This document shows positions 16,149 through 27,118 of a stretch of 38,298 nt of DNA, one piece after another; the stretch's first letter is position 1, and the number at the start of each line of letters is the position of its first letter. Under the pieces are notes generated by a model. It ran no database searches. It was given only the letters and a program-made list of their open reading frames with translations, and had not been told where the DNA came from. Both the position numbers and the translations under genes were made by a program. This DNA is from Alphaproteobacteria bacterium (GTDB lineage Bacteria; Pseudomonadota; Alphaproteobacteria; SP197): positions 1-38,298 of the forward strand of contig JAJEBJ010000493.1 in the NCBI GenBank assembly GCA_022822575.1. Reading direction: 5' to 3'.

Positions 16149-16206
16149 GGTGGCTGGTGCGTCAATACAAAACACAACCCGGCGCACGTCTCGGAAGGGA
16201 ACACCC

Positions 16207-16527
16207 ATGAACATTCGTCACGTCACCGATGATTCGTTCGAGGAGGACGTCCTCCAGGCGACTGGACCCGTGCTGGTCGACTTCTGGGCCGAGTGGTGCG
16301 GTCCGTGCAAGCAGATCGCGCCGGCGCTCGAGGACCTTGCCCAGCGCTACCAGGACAAGGTCCAGGTGGTGAAGGTCAACATCGACGAGAATCCGTCCAC
16401 ACCGTCACGCTACGGTGTGCGCGGCATCCCCACGATCATGATGTTCAAGGCCGGAGAAGTGGCAGCCGTCAAAGTGGGCGCGCTGCCGAAGAGCCGACTC
16501 TTCGAGTGGGTCGACAACTCCATGTAA
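16207..16527 (+). CDS. trxA: Thioredoxin
   Basis: In ORF 16108..16527, from the ATG at 16207: [39 protein letters not shown]...GIPT. Confidence 0.95.
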   Translation: MNIRHVTDDSFEEDVLQATGPVLVDFWAEWCGPCKQIAPALEDLAQRYQDKVQVVKVNIDENPSTPSRYGVRGIPTIMMFKAGEVAAVKVGALPKSRLFEWVDNSM

Positions 16528-16557
16528 GACGGCGTCGGCTGCAGGCAGGACCGGGCC

Positions 16558-17877
16558 ATGACCTCACATTCGAGTTTCCCGGATGTACGGTGGATTGACG
16601 TCCTGATTCCCGACATGTGGGGGATCCCCCGTGGCAAGCGCCTGGACGCTTCGGCCATGGAGAAGGTCCTGTCGACGGGAATCGTTCTCCCCGGGTCCAC
16701 CTACGCGATGGACATGCAGGGCAACAATGTCGAAAGCACCGGCGTGGGTTTCGCCGACGGCGATCCCGACTATCCCTGCCAGGCCGTTGCCGAAACCCTG
16801 GCCCCGGTGCCGTGGCTGGGCCTGGATCATGCCCAGGTCATGCTGTCGATGAGCGATGCTGCCGACCGGCCGTGGTGGCTCGATCCGCGTCACATCGTCC
16901 AGCGCATGGCCACGTCTCTCGGCGCCTTGGGGTACCGGGCAAGGGTCGCCTTCGAACTCGAGTTCTACCTGGTCGAACGCGACAGGGACGGCACGCTGCA
17001 ACCGGCGCCACCGCCCGGCAGCAGCCAGCGTCCGTCCGAGACCCAGGTCTACCTGATGGATGACGTCGAGGCCTATGGCCCGGTTCTGGGCGACATGGTG
17101 ACGACATGCCGCAGGCAGAACATTCCGGCGGACGTCATCACCATGGAGTACGCGCCGGCACAGTTCGAGATCAATCTTCATTACGGCGACGATCCCCTGA
17201 CCGCCTGCGATCACGCCTTTCTGATGAAGCGCGCCGTCAAGGCGGTCGCCAGGTCGCACGGCATGACAGCGACATTCATGGCGCGGCCATTCGGGGGTCT
17301 CTCCGCCAGCGGCACGCACGTCCACATTTCGCTCCTTGACGACGAGGGACGCAATGTCTTCGACGACGGCAGCGACGAGGGAAGCGATATCATGCGCCAC
17401 GCCGTTGCCGGTCTCGCGGCCACGATGGCCGAGGCGATGCCGATCTGGGCGCCTGGCGCCAACTCCTACAGGCGCCTGGCCCCCGGGGGCTGGGTGTCGT
17501 TGGCGGCAAGCTGGGGCTACAACAACCGGGACATGTCCCTGCGCATTCCCGGTGGCGCCGCCTCGGGACGCAGGATCGAACACCGCGCCGCCGGTGCCGA
17601 TGCCAACCCCTACCTCGTCCTGGCGGCGATCCTTGCCGGTCTCAACCACGGCCTTTCGAACAGGCTGGATCCGGGTCCGCCCGCCAGCGCCGACCCGGCC
17701 GCGCTGCCGGTGCTCTGGGTCGATGCGCTTCGTTCCTTCGATCAGGCGGAGGTTCTGCCCGGTTACTTCACGCCGGAGTGGTGGAAGGTCTACAGCGCCC
17801 TTGCATGGTCGGAGTTCCACACCTTCAACGGCCACGTCACGACGCTGGAGCACGATCGCTTCCTCACCCTCGTGTGA
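16558..17877 (+). CDS. Glutamine synthetase family protein (gamma-glutamyl-amine ligase-like)
   Basis: ORF 16558..17877. Sequence: ...FELEFYL...PAQFEINL...GTHVHISL...NSYRRL...NRDMSLRIP...IEHRAAGADANPYL. Confidence 0.85.
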   Translation: MTSHSSFPDVRWIDVLIPDMWGIPRGKRLDASAMEKVLSTGIVLPGSTYAMDMQGNNVESTGVGFADGDPDYPCQAVAETLAPVPWLGLDHAQVMLSMSDAADRPWWLDPRHIVQRMATSLGALGYRARVAFELEFYLVERDRDGTLQPAPPPGSSQRPSETQVYLMDDVEAYGPVLGDMVTTCRRQNIPADVITMEYAPAQFEINLHYGDDPLTACDHAFLMKRAVKAVARSHGMTATFMARPFGGLSASGTHVHISLLDDEGRNVFDDGSDEGSDIMRHAVAGLAATMAEAMPIWAPGANSYRRLAPGGWVSLAASWGYNNRDMSLRIPGGAASGRRIEHRAAGADANPYLVLAAILAGLNHGLSNRLDPGPPASADPAALPVLWVDALRSFDQAEVLPGYFTPEWWKVYSALAWSEFHTFNGHVTTLEHDRFLTLV

Positions 17878-17886
17878 TCCCTCCGG

Positions 17887-19191
17887 TCAGCCGTTGGCGC
17901 CGAGAACCCGTCCGGCGAGATAGAGTGAACCACACACCAGGACACGTGACGTCTCTGTGGGAGAATCCGAAAGGCAGGAGATGGCGTCTTCGATGCCCGG
18001 AGCCACCGTTGCTGTGACGCCTTCTGCTTCGAGAACGGCGCGGGTTGCCGTGGCGTCGAAGGTGTTCTTTTCGCCCGGAATGGAGACGGCGACGGCATGC
18101 CGGATGAAGGGAGCGAGCGGACGGATGAAACCCGCCGGGTCCTTCGTGTTCATCATGCCGATGACCACGTCGAGGGGACGGTCATGCCATGTGCGCGCCA
18201 TGTCGGCGAGGACGGCGCCGGCTGCCGGATTGTGGCCACCGTCGAGCCACAGTTCCTTCCCGCGGCCCAGCCGGTCCACCAGGCGACCCGATTCCAGGCG
18301 CTGCAGTCGTGCCGGCCACCGGGCCTGCAGCATGCCTGCCGCGAGGGCCCCGTCATCGGGCGCCAGGTGGCCGGTGAGACCAAGGGCGACGACGGCGGTC
18401 GCCGCGTTGGCGAGTTGGTGATGGCCGGCCAGTGCCGGCGCCGGCAGCACCGTCCGCCTGCCCCCGGGGGATGTCACCTCGAAGCGGCCGCCGGTTTCTG
18501 CATGAAAGGTGAAATCGCGGCCCGCCACGATGGCCGGGGCCCCCAGCGCGCCGGCCCGGTCAAGAAGCACCTCCATGGCTTCGCCTTCCTGGGGAGCGAT
18601 GACGACGGGAACATCGCTCTTGATGATCCCCGCCTTCTCGCCCGCGATGGCGGCAAGCGTGGTGCCGAGAAACTGCTGATGATCCAGTGACACCGGCGTG
18701 ATGATCGTGACCAGCGGCTTGTCGATGACATTGGTGGCATCGAGCCTGCCGCCGAGTCCGGTCTCGAGAAGCAGGATGTCCGCCTGTTCCCGGGCAAATG
18801 CCAGGTAGGCGGCGGCGGTGGTGATCTCGAAGAAGGTGATCGGCTCGCCGCGGTTGGCAACCTCGCATTCCTCGAGCAGGGCCATGAGCCGATCCTCCTC
18901 GATCAGGTGACCGGCTGTCTCGATTCTCTCGTGAAAGCGCACGAGATGCGGGGAGGTGTAGACGTGGACCGCATGTCCGGCGGCCATGAGCGCAGACCGC
19001 ATGTAGGCGATGACCGATCCCTTGCCGTTGGTTCCGGCCACGTGGACAACGGGGGGCAGACACCGTTGCGGCTCGCCCAGGTGTTCGAGGAGTCGGTGGA
19101 GGCGGTCGAGTGAAAGGTCGATGAGCTTGGGATGAAGCTGCATCAACCTTTCGAGAACGACATCACTTCCCGTCTGGGAGGTGTTCGGCAT
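17887..19191 (-). CDS. folC: Bifunctional folylpolyglutamate synthase / dihydrofolate synthase
   Basis: ORF 17887..19191. Sequence: VVHVAGTNGKGSVIAYM...LETGLGGRLDATNV...DGGHNP. Confidence 0.9.
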   Translation of the reverse strand: MPNTSQTGSDVVLERLMQLHPKLIDLSLDRLHRLLEHLGEPQRCLPPVVHVAGTNGKGSVIAYMRSALMAAGHAVHVYTSPHLVRFHERIETAGHLIEEDRLMALLEECEVANRGEPITFFEITTAAAYLAFAREQADILLLETGLGGRLDATNVIDKPLVTIITPVSLDHQQFLGTTLAAIAGEKAGIIKSDVPVVIAPQEGEAMEVLLDRAGALGAPAIVAGRDFTFHAETGGRFEVTSPGGRRTVLPAPALAGHHQLANAATAVVALGLTGHLAPDDGALAAGMLQARWPARLQRLESGRLVDRLGRGKELWLDGGHNPAAGAVLADMARTWHDRPLDVVIGMMNTKDPAGFIRPLAPFIRHAVAVSIPGEKNTFDATATRAVLEAEGVTATVAPGIEDAISCLSDSPTETSRVLVCGSLYLAGRVLGANG

Positions 19192-20071
19192 CGTTCACCG
19201 CTGGCTGCAGAAGCTGCCGGGATGTCGCCGGCATGAGGTGACTGAGCAGAATGGCGATGGTGGAACGCATCTTCGAACGCGTCACCACCATGTCGAGCAT
19301 GCCGTGATCGAGGAGATACTCCGAGCGCTGGAATCCGTCCGGCAGCTCTTCCCTGATGGTCTCGCGGATGACCCGTGCCCCGGCGAATCCGATGATGGCG
19401 CCGGGCTCGGCGATGGAGACGTCGCCAAGCATGGCAAAGGAGGCGGTTACGCCTCCGGTCGTCGGATTGGTGAGGACGCTGATGTAGGGAAGGCCGGCAT
19501 CCTTGACCTGGGCAATCGCGGTTGTCGTGCGCGCCATCTGCATCAGCGACAGGATGCCTTCCTGCATGCGGGCGCCTCCCGAAGCGGAGAAGATGACGAG
19601 GGCACGGCTCTCGTCGACGGAGATTCTCGCGGCCTCGACGATGGCTTCTCCCAATCCCATTCCCATGGAGCCGCCCATGAAGTCGAAATTGAAGACGGCG
19701 ACGATGGCAGGCCGGCCGTCGATCATGCCGCGGGCGACGACGATGGCCTCGTGCTGGCCGGTCTTTCCCTGGGCTTCCTTCAACCGGTCCGAATAGCGCT
19801 TCCTGTCTCGAAAGCGCAACGGATCGGTGGCTACGCCGGGGAGGTCAACATCGCTCCATGTGTCCTCGTCAAGGATGTCCTGCAGGCGGTCGCGTGGCGC
19901 GATGCGCATGTGGTAGCCGCAGCGCGGACAGACATTGAGCGAGTCCTCGAGATCACGGCCGAACACCATCTGGTCACAGCTCGGGCATTTGTCCCACAGC
20001 GTTTCCTCGCTCGGAGTCCTGCCGACAAGGTCACGGATCTTCGGCAGGGTGAGATTCGACAGCCAGTTCAT
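19163..20071 (-). CDS. accD: Acetyl-CoA carboxylase carboxyltransferase subunit beta
   Basis: In ORF 19163..20110, from the ATG at 20071: MNWLSNL...[32 protein letters not shown] (zinc ribbon)...FMGGSMG. Confidence 0.95.
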   Translation of the reverse strand: MNWLSNLTLPKIRDLVGRTPSEETLWDKCPSCDQMVFGRDLEDSLNVCPRCGYHMRIAPRDRLQDILDEDTWSDVDLPGVATDPLRFRDRKRYSDRLKEAQGKTGQHEAIVVARGMIDGRPAIVAVFNFDFMGGSMGMGLGEAIVEAARISVDESRALVIFSASGGARMQEGILSLMQMARTTTAIAQVKDAGLPYISVLTNPTTGGVTASFAMLGDVSIAEPGAIIGFAGARVIRETIREELPDGFQRSEYLLDHGMLDMVVTRSKMRSTIAILLSHLMPATSRQLLQPAVNDAEHLPDGK

Positions 20072-20895
20072 GCACGCGCCTTGCGGACATCGTGCGAGAT
20101 CGATTCGCACAACGTCAGGGCATTGTCGATGGAGGCGTCTGTCCCCTTGCCGTTGTCGAGGCCGTCGGCCACGGCCTGGCAGAACGCCGAGCCGACAACC
20201 ACCGCATCGGCGATACGGGCGACGCCGGCCGCCTGTTCGCCGTTGCGGATGCCGAACCCGACTGCGACAGGCAGGTCCGTGTGACGACGCAGGCGGTCGA
20301 CCGCGGAAGCGATGGTCTGACTGGTTGCGGCGCGGGTGCCGGTGATGCCGGTGATCGAGACGTAGTAGACGAACCCCGAAGCATGCGCCAGGACGTCGGG
20401 CAGGCGCTTCGAGTCGGTGGTCGGTGTCGCGAGGCGTATCCAGTTGAGCCCGGCCTCGACGGCCGGAAGACAGAGTTCCCGGTCTTCCTCGCTCGGCAGG
20501 TCGACGAGGATGAGGCCGTCAACACCGGCCTCGACGGCATCCTCGAGGAAGGCGCCGTTCCCATAGGAGTAGATGGGGTTGTAGTACCCCATGAGAACGA
20601 TGGGCGTGTCGTCATCATGGCGACGGACCTGGCGCACGAGATCGATGGTGCCGGCCAGGGTCATGCCGGCCTTGAGCGCCCGCTGCGAGGAGGCCTGGAT
20701 GACCGGTCCGTCCGCCATGGGGTCGGTAAAGGGCATGCCGATCTCGATGAGGTCGGCGCCGGCTCCGGGCAGAGCGGCGACAAGGCGCGCCGACAGATCC
20801 GGATCCGGATCCCCCGCCGTCACGAAGGCGGCCAGTCCGGCCCGCTGCTGCCTCGCCAGATCGGCAAAGCGCCTGTCGATGCGGGTGTCGTTCAC
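20068..20895 (-). CDS. trpA: Tryptophan synthase alpha chain
   Basis: In ORF 20068..21135. The GTG at 20895 overlaps the trpB stop as GTGA. Sequence: AFVTAGDPD...[20 protein letters not shown]...[13 protein letters not shown]. Confidence 0.9.
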   Translation of the reverse strand: MNDTRIDRRFADLARQQRAGLAAFVTAGDPDPDLSARLVAALPGAGADLIEIGMPFTDPMADGPVIQASSQRALKAGMTLAGTIDLVRQVRRHDDDTPIVLMGYYNPIYSYGNGAFLEDAVEAGVDGLILVDLPSEEDRELCLPAVEAGLNWIRLATPTTDSKRLPDVLAHASGFVYYVSITGITGTRAATSQTIASAVDRLRRHTDLPVAVGFGIRNGEQAAGVARIADAVVVGSAFCQAVADGLDNGKGTDASIDNALTLCESISHDVRKARA

Positions 20896-22100
20896 AGGTC
20901 CACTCCCTGGGTCTGAGCGACGGTGAACACGTCCTTGTCGCCCCTGCCGCACATGTTCATGCAGATGATGTGATCGTCGGGGAGCGCCGGCGCAATCTTC
21001 ATGACATGGGCGAGCGCATGGGCGGGCTCGAGGGCCGGAATGATGCCTTCGAGCCGGGAACACAGGAGGAAGGCCTCGAGAGCCTCGTCGTCCGTGGCCG
21101 ACACGTAGCTGACCCGACCCTGCTCCGCCAGCCACGCGTGTTCGGGGCCGATTCCCGGGTAGTCGAGACCCGCCGAGATCGAATGGGCCTCGACGATCTG
21201 GCCGTCATCGTCCTGCAGGAGATAGGTCCGGTTGCCGTGCAGGACACCGGGTCGGCCGCCGGTGATTGATGCCGCGTGCTCGCCGCTCTCAATACCTCGT
21301 CCAGCGGCCTCCACGCCGATGATGTCGACGGTCCGGTCATCGAGAAACGGATGAAAGAGGCCCATGGCGTTCGATCCACCGCCGATACAGGCGACAACCG
21401 TGTCGGGAAGACGCCCTTCGACGGCCATCAACTGCTCCTTCGCTTCGCGTCCGATAATCGCCTGGAACTCGCGCACGAGTTCCGGATAGGGGTGAGGACC
21501 GGCCACGGTGCCGATGATGTAGAAGGTTGAATCGACGTTGGTGACCCAATCGCGCAAGGCCTCGTTGAGGGCGTCCTTGAGGCTGCGGGAGCCAGATGTC
21601 ACATGACGGACCTCGGCGCCGAGGAGCTTCATGCGAAAGACATTGGGAGCCTGGCGTTCGACATCCTTGGTCCCCATGTAGACGACGCAGGGAAGGTTGA
21701 AGCGGGCGCACACCGTCGCCGTCGCCACGCCGTGCTGGCCAGCGCCGGTTTCGGCGATGATCCGGGTCTTGCCCATGCGTTGGGCCAGAAGGATCTGGCC
21801 GACCGTGTTGTTGATCTTGTGGGAACCGGTGTGATTGAGTTCATCGCGCTTGAAGTAGATGCGGGCGCCGCCAAGATGCCGGGTCAGCCGTTCGGCGAAG
21901 TAGAGCGGACTGGGCCTGCCGATGTAGTCCTTGCCCAGGCCGTGGAACGCGTCCCAGAACTCCGGGTCGTTGCGAGCCTCCTGCCAGGTCCGGTTCAGGT
22001 CCAGAATGAGCGGCATCAGCGTTTCGGCGACATAGCGGCCGCCAAACATGCCGAAGTGGCCGTCCTGATCCGGACCCTGGGCGTAGGAATTGTCCGTCAT
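20892..22100 (-). CDS. trpB: Tryptophan synthase beta chain
   Basis: In ORF 20892..22298, from the ATG at 22100: [30 protein letters not shown]...[11 protein letters not shown]...GGGSNAMG. Confidence 0.95.
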   Translation of the reverse strand: MTDNSYAQGPDQDGHFGMFGGRYVAETLMPLILDLNRTWQEARNDPEFWDAFHGLGKDYIGRPSPLYFAERLTRHLGGARIYFKRDELNHTGSHKINNTVGQILLAQRMGKTRIIAETGAGQHGVATATVCARFNLPCVVYMGTKDVERQAPNVFRMKLLGAEVRHVTSGSRSLKDALNEALRDWVTNVDSTFYIIGTVAGPHPYPELVREFQAIIGREAKEQLMAVEGRLPDTVVACIGGGSNAMGLFHPFLDDRTVDIIGVEAAGRGIESGEHAASITGGRPGVLHGNRTYLLQDDDGQIVEAHSISAGLDYPGIGPEHAWLAEQGRVSYVSATDDEALEAFLLCSRLEGIIPALEPAHALAHVMKIAPALPDDHIICMNMCGRGDKDVFTVAQTQGVDL

Positions 22101-22138
22101 CGTTGGTCTGTCCGGGCGCGAACCTGGCACAATGGATA

Positions 22139-22780
22139 TCAGATAACCCGGGCCTGCTCCATAAACTCGGCGATGCGTGAGGCAGACTTGTGTCCGGGTG
22201 ATGTCTCGACGCCGGAAGACACATCGACCATGGTGGCGCCGCTCGCCTTCACGGCCCGGCAGAGGTTGCCGGCGTCGAGACCGCCCGAGAGGATCCACGG
22301 CGACCGCGGCCGGATGCCGGTCAGCAGCGTCCAGTCGAAGGCTGTCGCGTTGCCTCCGGGACGCGTCGCACCCCTGGGCGGCATGGCGTCGAACATGACC
22401 ATGTCAGCCACGGTGTCGAAGGACGGCAGGGATTCCAGGTCAACGGCCGTCGCCACGCGAATGACCTTCATCACCCGGACACCGAAACGCGTGCGGACGT
22501 GGGCGAGTCGGCGGGCATCCTCGCGGCCGTGAAACTGGATGGTATCGAGCCCTGCTGCCGTGATCACGGCGCCAAGCCTGTCATCGCCGGCATCGACAGT
22601 GACGCCGACCTTCTCGATGCCTTGGGGCACGTGCCGCGCCAGGGCGGCGACGTCACCGAGGGACACGTTCCGCGGGCTCCTGTCGAAGAATATGAACCCG
22701 ACCATGCGGGCCCCGTGGCGCACCGCTGCATCGAGAGCCTGCCGCTCCCTCAAGCCACAGATCTTGACGCCGACGGCCAA
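22139..22780 (-). CDS. trpF: Phosphoribosylanthranilate isomerase
   Basis: ORF 22139..22780. Sequence: [12 protein letters not shown]...[11 protein letters not shown]...[10 protein letters not shown]. Confidence 0.9.
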   Translation of the reverse strand: MAVGVKICGLRERQALDAAVRHGARMVGFIFFDRSPRNVSLGDVAALARHVPQGIEKVGVTVDAGDDRLGAVITAAGLDTIQFHGREDARRLAHVRTRFGVRVMKVIRVATAVDLESLPSFDTVADMVMFDAMPPRGATRPGGNATAFDWTLLTGIRPRSPWILSGGLDAGNLCRAVKASGATMVDVSSGVETSPGHKSASRIAEFMEQARVI

Positions 22781-22783
22781 GGG

Positions 22784-23497
22784 TCAGGACCGGCTCATGT
22801 CGGCAACGGTCCGTGCTGCAGCCGCGGCCGGGTCCGGGGCCCGGGTGATCGGGCGTCCAACGACAATGTAGGACGCGCCGGCGGCCACGGCGTCACCGGG
22901 AGACATGGTGCGTTTCTGATCGTCGCACCCGTTGCCCCCAGGGCGGATGCCGGGGGTGACGACAAGGAATCCGGGTCCGCAAAAACGGCGCACGTCGGCG
23001 ATTTCATGGGGTGAACACACCACGCCGTCGACGCCCGTGTCGAGGGCGAGTTCGGTCAGGCGCAACACCTGGTCACGAACGTTGCCACGGCCGCCGGTCA
23101 CCTCGACGTCATCGTCATCCATGCTCGTCAACACGGTGACGGCGAGAATCTTCGGCCGGGCATCTCCCGCCGGGGCCACGGCCTCCATGGCGGCGCACAT
23201 CATGTCGGGCCCGCCGCTAGCGTGGACCGTCGTCATGAAAGGGGCGAGGGGCAGGAGGGCACGCAATCCTCCGGCCACGGTCGCCGGGATGTCATTCAGC
23301 TTGAGATCAAGAAAGATCCGGGCCTCTTCGCCGGCGACCGCCTGGATACCTGACACGCCGTGGGCATAGAAGAACTCCATGCCGAACTTGAAGGCCCCGA
23401 CATGGCCCTCCAGGCAGGAGACGAGTGACGACGCCCTTTCCGTGCAGGTGGTGTCGATGGCACAGACAAGGCGTTTCCTGGGGTCAGCCGTTTGCAC
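22784..23497 (-). CDS. pyrF: Orotidine 5'-phosphate decarboxylase
   Basis: ORF 22784..23560; the likely start is the GTG at 23497 after GGAGGG. Sequence: LVCAIDT...AFKFGMEFF...IFLDLKLNDIPATV...YIVVGRPIT. Confidence 0.9.
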   Translation of the reverse strand: MQTADPRKRLVCAIDTTCTERASSLVSCLEGHVGAFKFGMEFFYAHGVSGIQAVAGEEARIFLDLKLNDIPATVAGGLRALLPLAPFMTTVHASGGPDMMCAAMEAVAPAGDARPKILAVTVLTSMDDDDVEVTGGRGNVRDQVLRLTELALDTGVDGVVCSPHEIADVRRFCGPGFLVVTPGIRPGGNGCDDQKRTMSPGDAVAAGASYIVVGRPITRAPDPAAAAARTVADMSRS

Positions 23498-23583
23498 CCT
23501 ACCCTCCGCCGCGTTGTCGTGGGACGAGTGTCTTGTAGGGCGCCCGGGACAGCAGCGCAAGACGGGTCCGCAGGCCGGCCCTG

Positions 23584-24540
23584 TCAGTCGCCGGCAGCCT
23601 TCGCCAGCAACCAGCGCGCGGTGCCGAGATCGAGGTGTCCGCCACCCGAGTTCTTGAAGAGCGTGATGTCGTCCGCATTCCGTCTGCCGCCGACCGTCCC
23701 CCGCGACAGATCGAAGAGATCACCGGCAACGTCATCCTCGGTGATGATGCCGGCCTCCAGCGGCTGCGAGATGTCGCCGACGCGATGCAGCGTGAACATG
23801 CGGGAATCCATGTAGATCCTGGCACGCCGCACGCAGTCGTCGTCGCTTTCGCGCATGTGTGTCTGGTAGCTTCCGACAAGGTCGAGATGGGCGCCCCTGG
23901 CGAGCCAGGCGCCACGGATCAGGGGCTCGGTGGCCATGGTGGCACAGCTGATGACGTCGGCCTTTCGCGCCGCCTCCTCGAGGTCGTCGGTCGCCTCGAC
24001 CGTGAGGGAGTCGATGGCAAGACGCCGGGCCAGGGACTCGGCCCGTTCCGGTGTGCGGTTCCAGATGCGGGCCACTTCCAGGGAAGGGCGTACGGCCTTC
24101 ATGGCCATGATGAGGTGCGGCGCCATGGCGCCGGCCCCCACCATGAGCATGGTGCGGACATCCTCGCGGGCAAGAAAGCTGGCGCCCGTGGCCGAATCGG
24201 CGGCTGTCTTGCGCAGTGTCAGTGCGATACCGTCGATGAGGGCGAGCGGTTTGCCGTCCTTGCCATCGAAGAGCGCATAGACTCCCTGCACCGATGGCAG
24301 CCCCGTACCCGTGTACTCGTTGTCGGGAAACACCGTGACGAGCTTGATTCCCACCGCTTCGTCGCGCTGCCAGGCGGGAAGGGCCAGAAACACGTTGTCG
24401 GTCCCCGACGGCCCCGGCTGTGAGAGATGGATGTCGCGCACCTCGTCGACGTCCTCGAGGTGAAAGCGCTTGAACCCCTCGACGAGCGCGGCGTAGTCCG
24501 CCAGTTCATGGACTTCCCTGCCGGTGATGAAGCGGACCAT
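23584..24540 (-). CDS. Ornithine cyclodeaminase / mu-crystallin family protein
   Basis: ORF 23584..24540. Sequence: ...IKLVTVFPDN...GIALTLRKTAADSA...MLMVGAGAMAP... Confidence 0.85.
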   Translation of the reverse strand: MVRFITGREVHELADYAALVEGFKRFHLEDVDEVRDIHLSQPGPSGTDNVFLALPAWQRDEAVGIKLVTVFPDNEYTGTGLPSVQGVYALFDGKDGKPLALIDGIALTLRKTAADSATGASFLAREDVRTMLMVGAGAMAPHLIMAMKAVRPSLEVARIWNRTPERAESLARRLAIDSLTVEATDDLEEAARKADVISCATMATEPLIRGAWLARGAHLDLVGSYQTHMRESDDDCVRRARIYMDSRMFTLHRVGDISQPLEAGIITEDDVAGDLFDLSRGTVGGRRNADDITLFKNSGGGHLDLGTARWLLAKAAGD

Positions 24541-24554
24541 CGCCGGGTGTCCGT

Positions 24555-24905
24555 TCAGACGGTCACCGGAGGCGAGCCCTGAGGTTGCCGGTCGAGTTCC
24601 GACTTCAGCGCGTCGCGCTCCCGGGTCACCGAGGCAAGGCTTGTTTCGAGATGCTTCACGCGGCGCTTGCGCTCACCCGACAACCGGCGGGACGGATGGC
24701 CGCGCATCCATACGAAGAGTCCGCCGAAGAGGGCCCCGACGACAAACGACGCGAGGACGACAAGGAAGACGGGAGCCGTCACGATCCGCGGATAGGGGAA
24801 CAGGGAAACCTCCATCTCCGTACGGTTGGCCAGCACGAAGACGACAATGGCGAGAGCGAGAAGGGCGCCAGTAATCCCGACAACGAGCATGAGGGGATTG
24901 CGCAT
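24555..24905 (-). CDS. lapA: LapA-family (DUF1049) inner-membrane protein
   Basis: ORF 24555..24905. It has two TM helices followed by a basic coiled tail (RKRRVKHLETSLASVTRERDALKSEL) and lies directly downstream of ihfB, as is usual. Confidence 0.75.
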   Translation of the reverse strand: MRNPLMLVVGITGALLALAIVVFVLANRTEMEVSLFPYPRIVTAPVFLVVLASFVVGALFGGLFVWMRGHPSRRLSGERKRRVKHLETSLASVTRERDALKSELDRQPQGSPPVTV

Positions 24906-24915
24906 GGCGGCTGGT

Positions 24916-25212
24916 TCAGTCCTGCGCGCCCCTTGAGTTGAGGCGGTCGCGCAGGGGCTTGCCGGTCTTGAAGAAGGGCGCGCGCTTGGCCTTCACGTCG
25001 ACTTTCTCGCCGGTTCGCGGATTGCGCCCGACTCGTGCCCGTCTCTCTCGGGCCGCAAACGAGCCGAAACCACGCAGTTCGACGCGCCGTCCGGACTCCA
25101 GCGACCGGGCGATTTCATCGAAGATCGTGACGACGAGGCTCTCCGCCTCGTACATCTTGAGATAGGGATAACGCGCGGCAACGAGCGCGATGAGGTCAGA
25201 TCTCGTCATCAA
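24916..25212 (-). CDS. ihfB: Integration host factor subunit beta
   Basis: ORF 24916..25212. Sequence: MTRSDLIALVAARYPYL...VELRGFGSFAARERRARVGRNPRTGEKVDV. Confidence 0.95.
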   Translation of the reverse strand: MMTRSDLIALVAARYPYLKMYEAESLVVTIFDEIARSLESGRRVELRGFGSFAARERRARVGRNPRTGEKVDVKAKRAPFFKTGKPLRDRLNSRGAQD

Positions 25213-25273
25213 GGGTGTCCTGTATTCCGGCCACAGAGTCTGGTGCCGGTATCATTCGACTGTCAACGATCTC

Positions 25274-25308
25274 CATGGGGCGGGCGCTCGTCAGGCGCCC
25301 GCCCCATG
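25274..25308 (-). terminator. 14-bp perfect-stem hairpin just after the substrate-binding-protein stop (terminator-like, no clear U-tract)
   Basis: CATGGGGCGGGCGC at 25274-25287, a 7-nt loop, GCGCCCGCCCCATG at 25295-25308. On the minus strand it begins 11 nt after the stop at 25319. Confidence 0.5.
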
Positions 25309-25318
25309 AGGCAGGGAC

Positions 25319-26914
25319 TCAGGCTGTCGGATCCGTGAACCACCAGCGTTCCATCAGGCGGCCTCCGTCGAGGCCCCAGTTGCTGCCGATGTTGGGTCCG
25401 TGGGACAGCGCCGTCGACGCGGCGTCCACGTTGTTGGCATAGGCCATCACCATGGCTCCGCCTTCCATGGCCACGATCTGCTGCATTTCGCGGTACATCT
25501 CGCGGCGCAGCGGCTCGTCGAGCTCGGCGCGGGCCGCGATCAGCAGCTCGTTGAACCGATCGTGCTTCCAGAAGGTGTCGTTCCAGGGCGCATCCGCCGA
25601 ATAGGCGGTGGAGAACATCCAGTCCTCGGTGGGACGGCCTCCCCAATAGCAGGTGCACCAGGCCTTGTTCATCCAGACATCGGCCCAGTAGCCGTCGGCC
25701 GACTCGCGCACGACCTCGATCGTGATGCCGGCCGGCGCCGCGTGCTCCCTGTAGAGGACGGCCGTGTCGACGGCGCCGACGAAGGCCGCCTCGGATGTCG
25801 ACAGCTCCACGGTGAGACTGTCGAGGCCGGACTGCTTGAGATACCACTTCGCCTTGTCGAGATCATAGGTGGCATGCTCGATGTCATCGGCGAAATAGCG
25901 GTTGGCCGGGGTGATCGGAGAATCCTGACCGACCAGTCCGTAGCCGCGCAGCACCTTGTCGACGATGTCCTGGCGATCCATGGCATGCTTGAGCGCGAGG
26001 CGGACATTGTTGTCATCGAACGGCGCCATGTCCGTGCGCATGGGCAGGGTGTAGTGCAGCGTGCCCGTGGCCTCGACAAGATCGACGGCAGGATGCTGCG
26101 CCAGAAGGTGCGCCGTCTTGGTGTCGACACGGTCGATGACGTCGACCTGACCCGACATGATGGCGTTCTGACGCGAGGCCGGGTCGGCGATGGTCGTCAT
26201 CTCGACGGCGTCGAACCAGCCGTAGCCGGTCTTCCAGTAGTTCGCATGGCGCTCGAGGACGGCGCGTACGCCGGGTTCGAACTCGACAATCCGGTAGCTG
26301 CCACAGCCGGTGCCGGACAGTGGATCGGCAATGTTCCCCTCACCGTCGCTTGGCTGAATGCCAAGATGATAGTCACTCATGATGTAGGGGTAGTCGGCAT
26401 TGCCTTCCGTGAGCTCGATGACGACCGAATCGCCGTCGACGCGCATGTCCGCGACCTGCTCGAACAGGCTCGATACCGCCGAGACCGAATCCTCGCCGCG
26501 GTGGTAGTTGAGGCTGGCGACGATGTCGTCGGGCGTGACGGTCTTGCCGTTGTGGAACTCGACGCCCTGGCGAATCCTGAATGTCCAGGTCTTGGCATCG
26601 GGTGTGGCGTCCCACTCCGCGGCCAGTTCGGGTGCGAGCTGGTTGGTTTCGTCGACGGCCGTGAGATAGTTGAAGAGACCGCCCATGCCCATGTTCGACA
26701 CGAAACCGTTCTCGAACGTCGCCGGATCAAGGGAATCAGTCGTCGAACCGTGGCCAAGGCCGATTCTCAGCGTACCGCCGCGTTGCGGTTCGGACGCCTT
26801 CGCCGCGCCGGCTCCCAGCAGGGACGGACCGGCAAAGGCAGCCGCTCCGGCCCCAACCGCACCACCCAGCACGGTGCGCCGTGACGCGCCTTTCCTGTGC
26901 ACTTTCTTTTCCAT
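25319..26914 (-). CDS. ABC transporter substrate-binding protein, family 5 (peptide/nickel/opine type), Tat/Sec-exported, without adjacent permease or ATPase genes
   Basis: In ORF 25319..27103, from the ATG at 26914 after GGGAGG...GGGAGA: MEKKVHRKGASRRTVLGGAVGAGAAAFAGPSLLGAGAAKA..., followed by a typical SBP_bac_5-like body. Confidence 0.85.
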   Translation of the reverse strand: MEKKVHRKGASRRTVLGGAVGAGAAAFAGPSLLGAGAAKASEPQRGGTLRIGLGHGSTTDSLDPATFENGFVSNMGMGGLFNYLTAVDETNQLAPELAAEWDATPDAKTWTFRIRQGVEFHNGKTVTPDDIVASLNYHRGEDSVSAVSSLFEQVADMRVDGDSVVIELTEGNADYPYIMSDYHLGIQPSDGEGNIADPLSGTGCGSYRIVEFEPGVRAVLERHANYWKTGYGWFDAVEMTTIADPASRQNAIMSGQVDVIDRVDTKTAHLLAQHPAVDLVEATGTLHYTLPMRTDMAPFDDNNVRLALKHAMDRQDIVDKVLRGYGLVGQDSPITPANRYFADDIEHATYDLDKAKWYLKQSGLDSLTVELSTSEAAFVGAVDTAVLYREHAAPAGITIEVVRESADGYWADVWMNKAWCTCYWGGRPTEDWMFSTAYSADAPWNDTFWKHDRFNELLIAARAELDEPLRREMYREMQQIVAMEGGAMVMAYANNVDAASTALSHGPNIGSNWGLDGGRLMERWWFTDPTA

Positions 26915-27118
26915 GTCTCCCTGTGACCTCCCGTGGTCTTTCCAGTTTTGAACCACTGGCATAGCGCCAGACTGTATCACCATGATGACAGATTGCCCGG
27001 GTTCTTTCCACACGGGGATTCGGCTCCGTCGAGGTGTCGTTGGGTCGTGTCCGTGGGCCAGGCCGTGAATGCCCACAGACACCTCATCCATGTTCTGCGG
27101 CATCCTTGAAATCGCCTT

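Noticed and set aside
22125-22140. TGGCAC motif between trpB and trpF, considered as the -24 element of a sigma-54 promoter.
   Set aside because: There is no TTGC -12 element at the correct spacing (the sequence reads TGGCACAATGGATATC). It also faces the plus strand, antisense to the trp operon.
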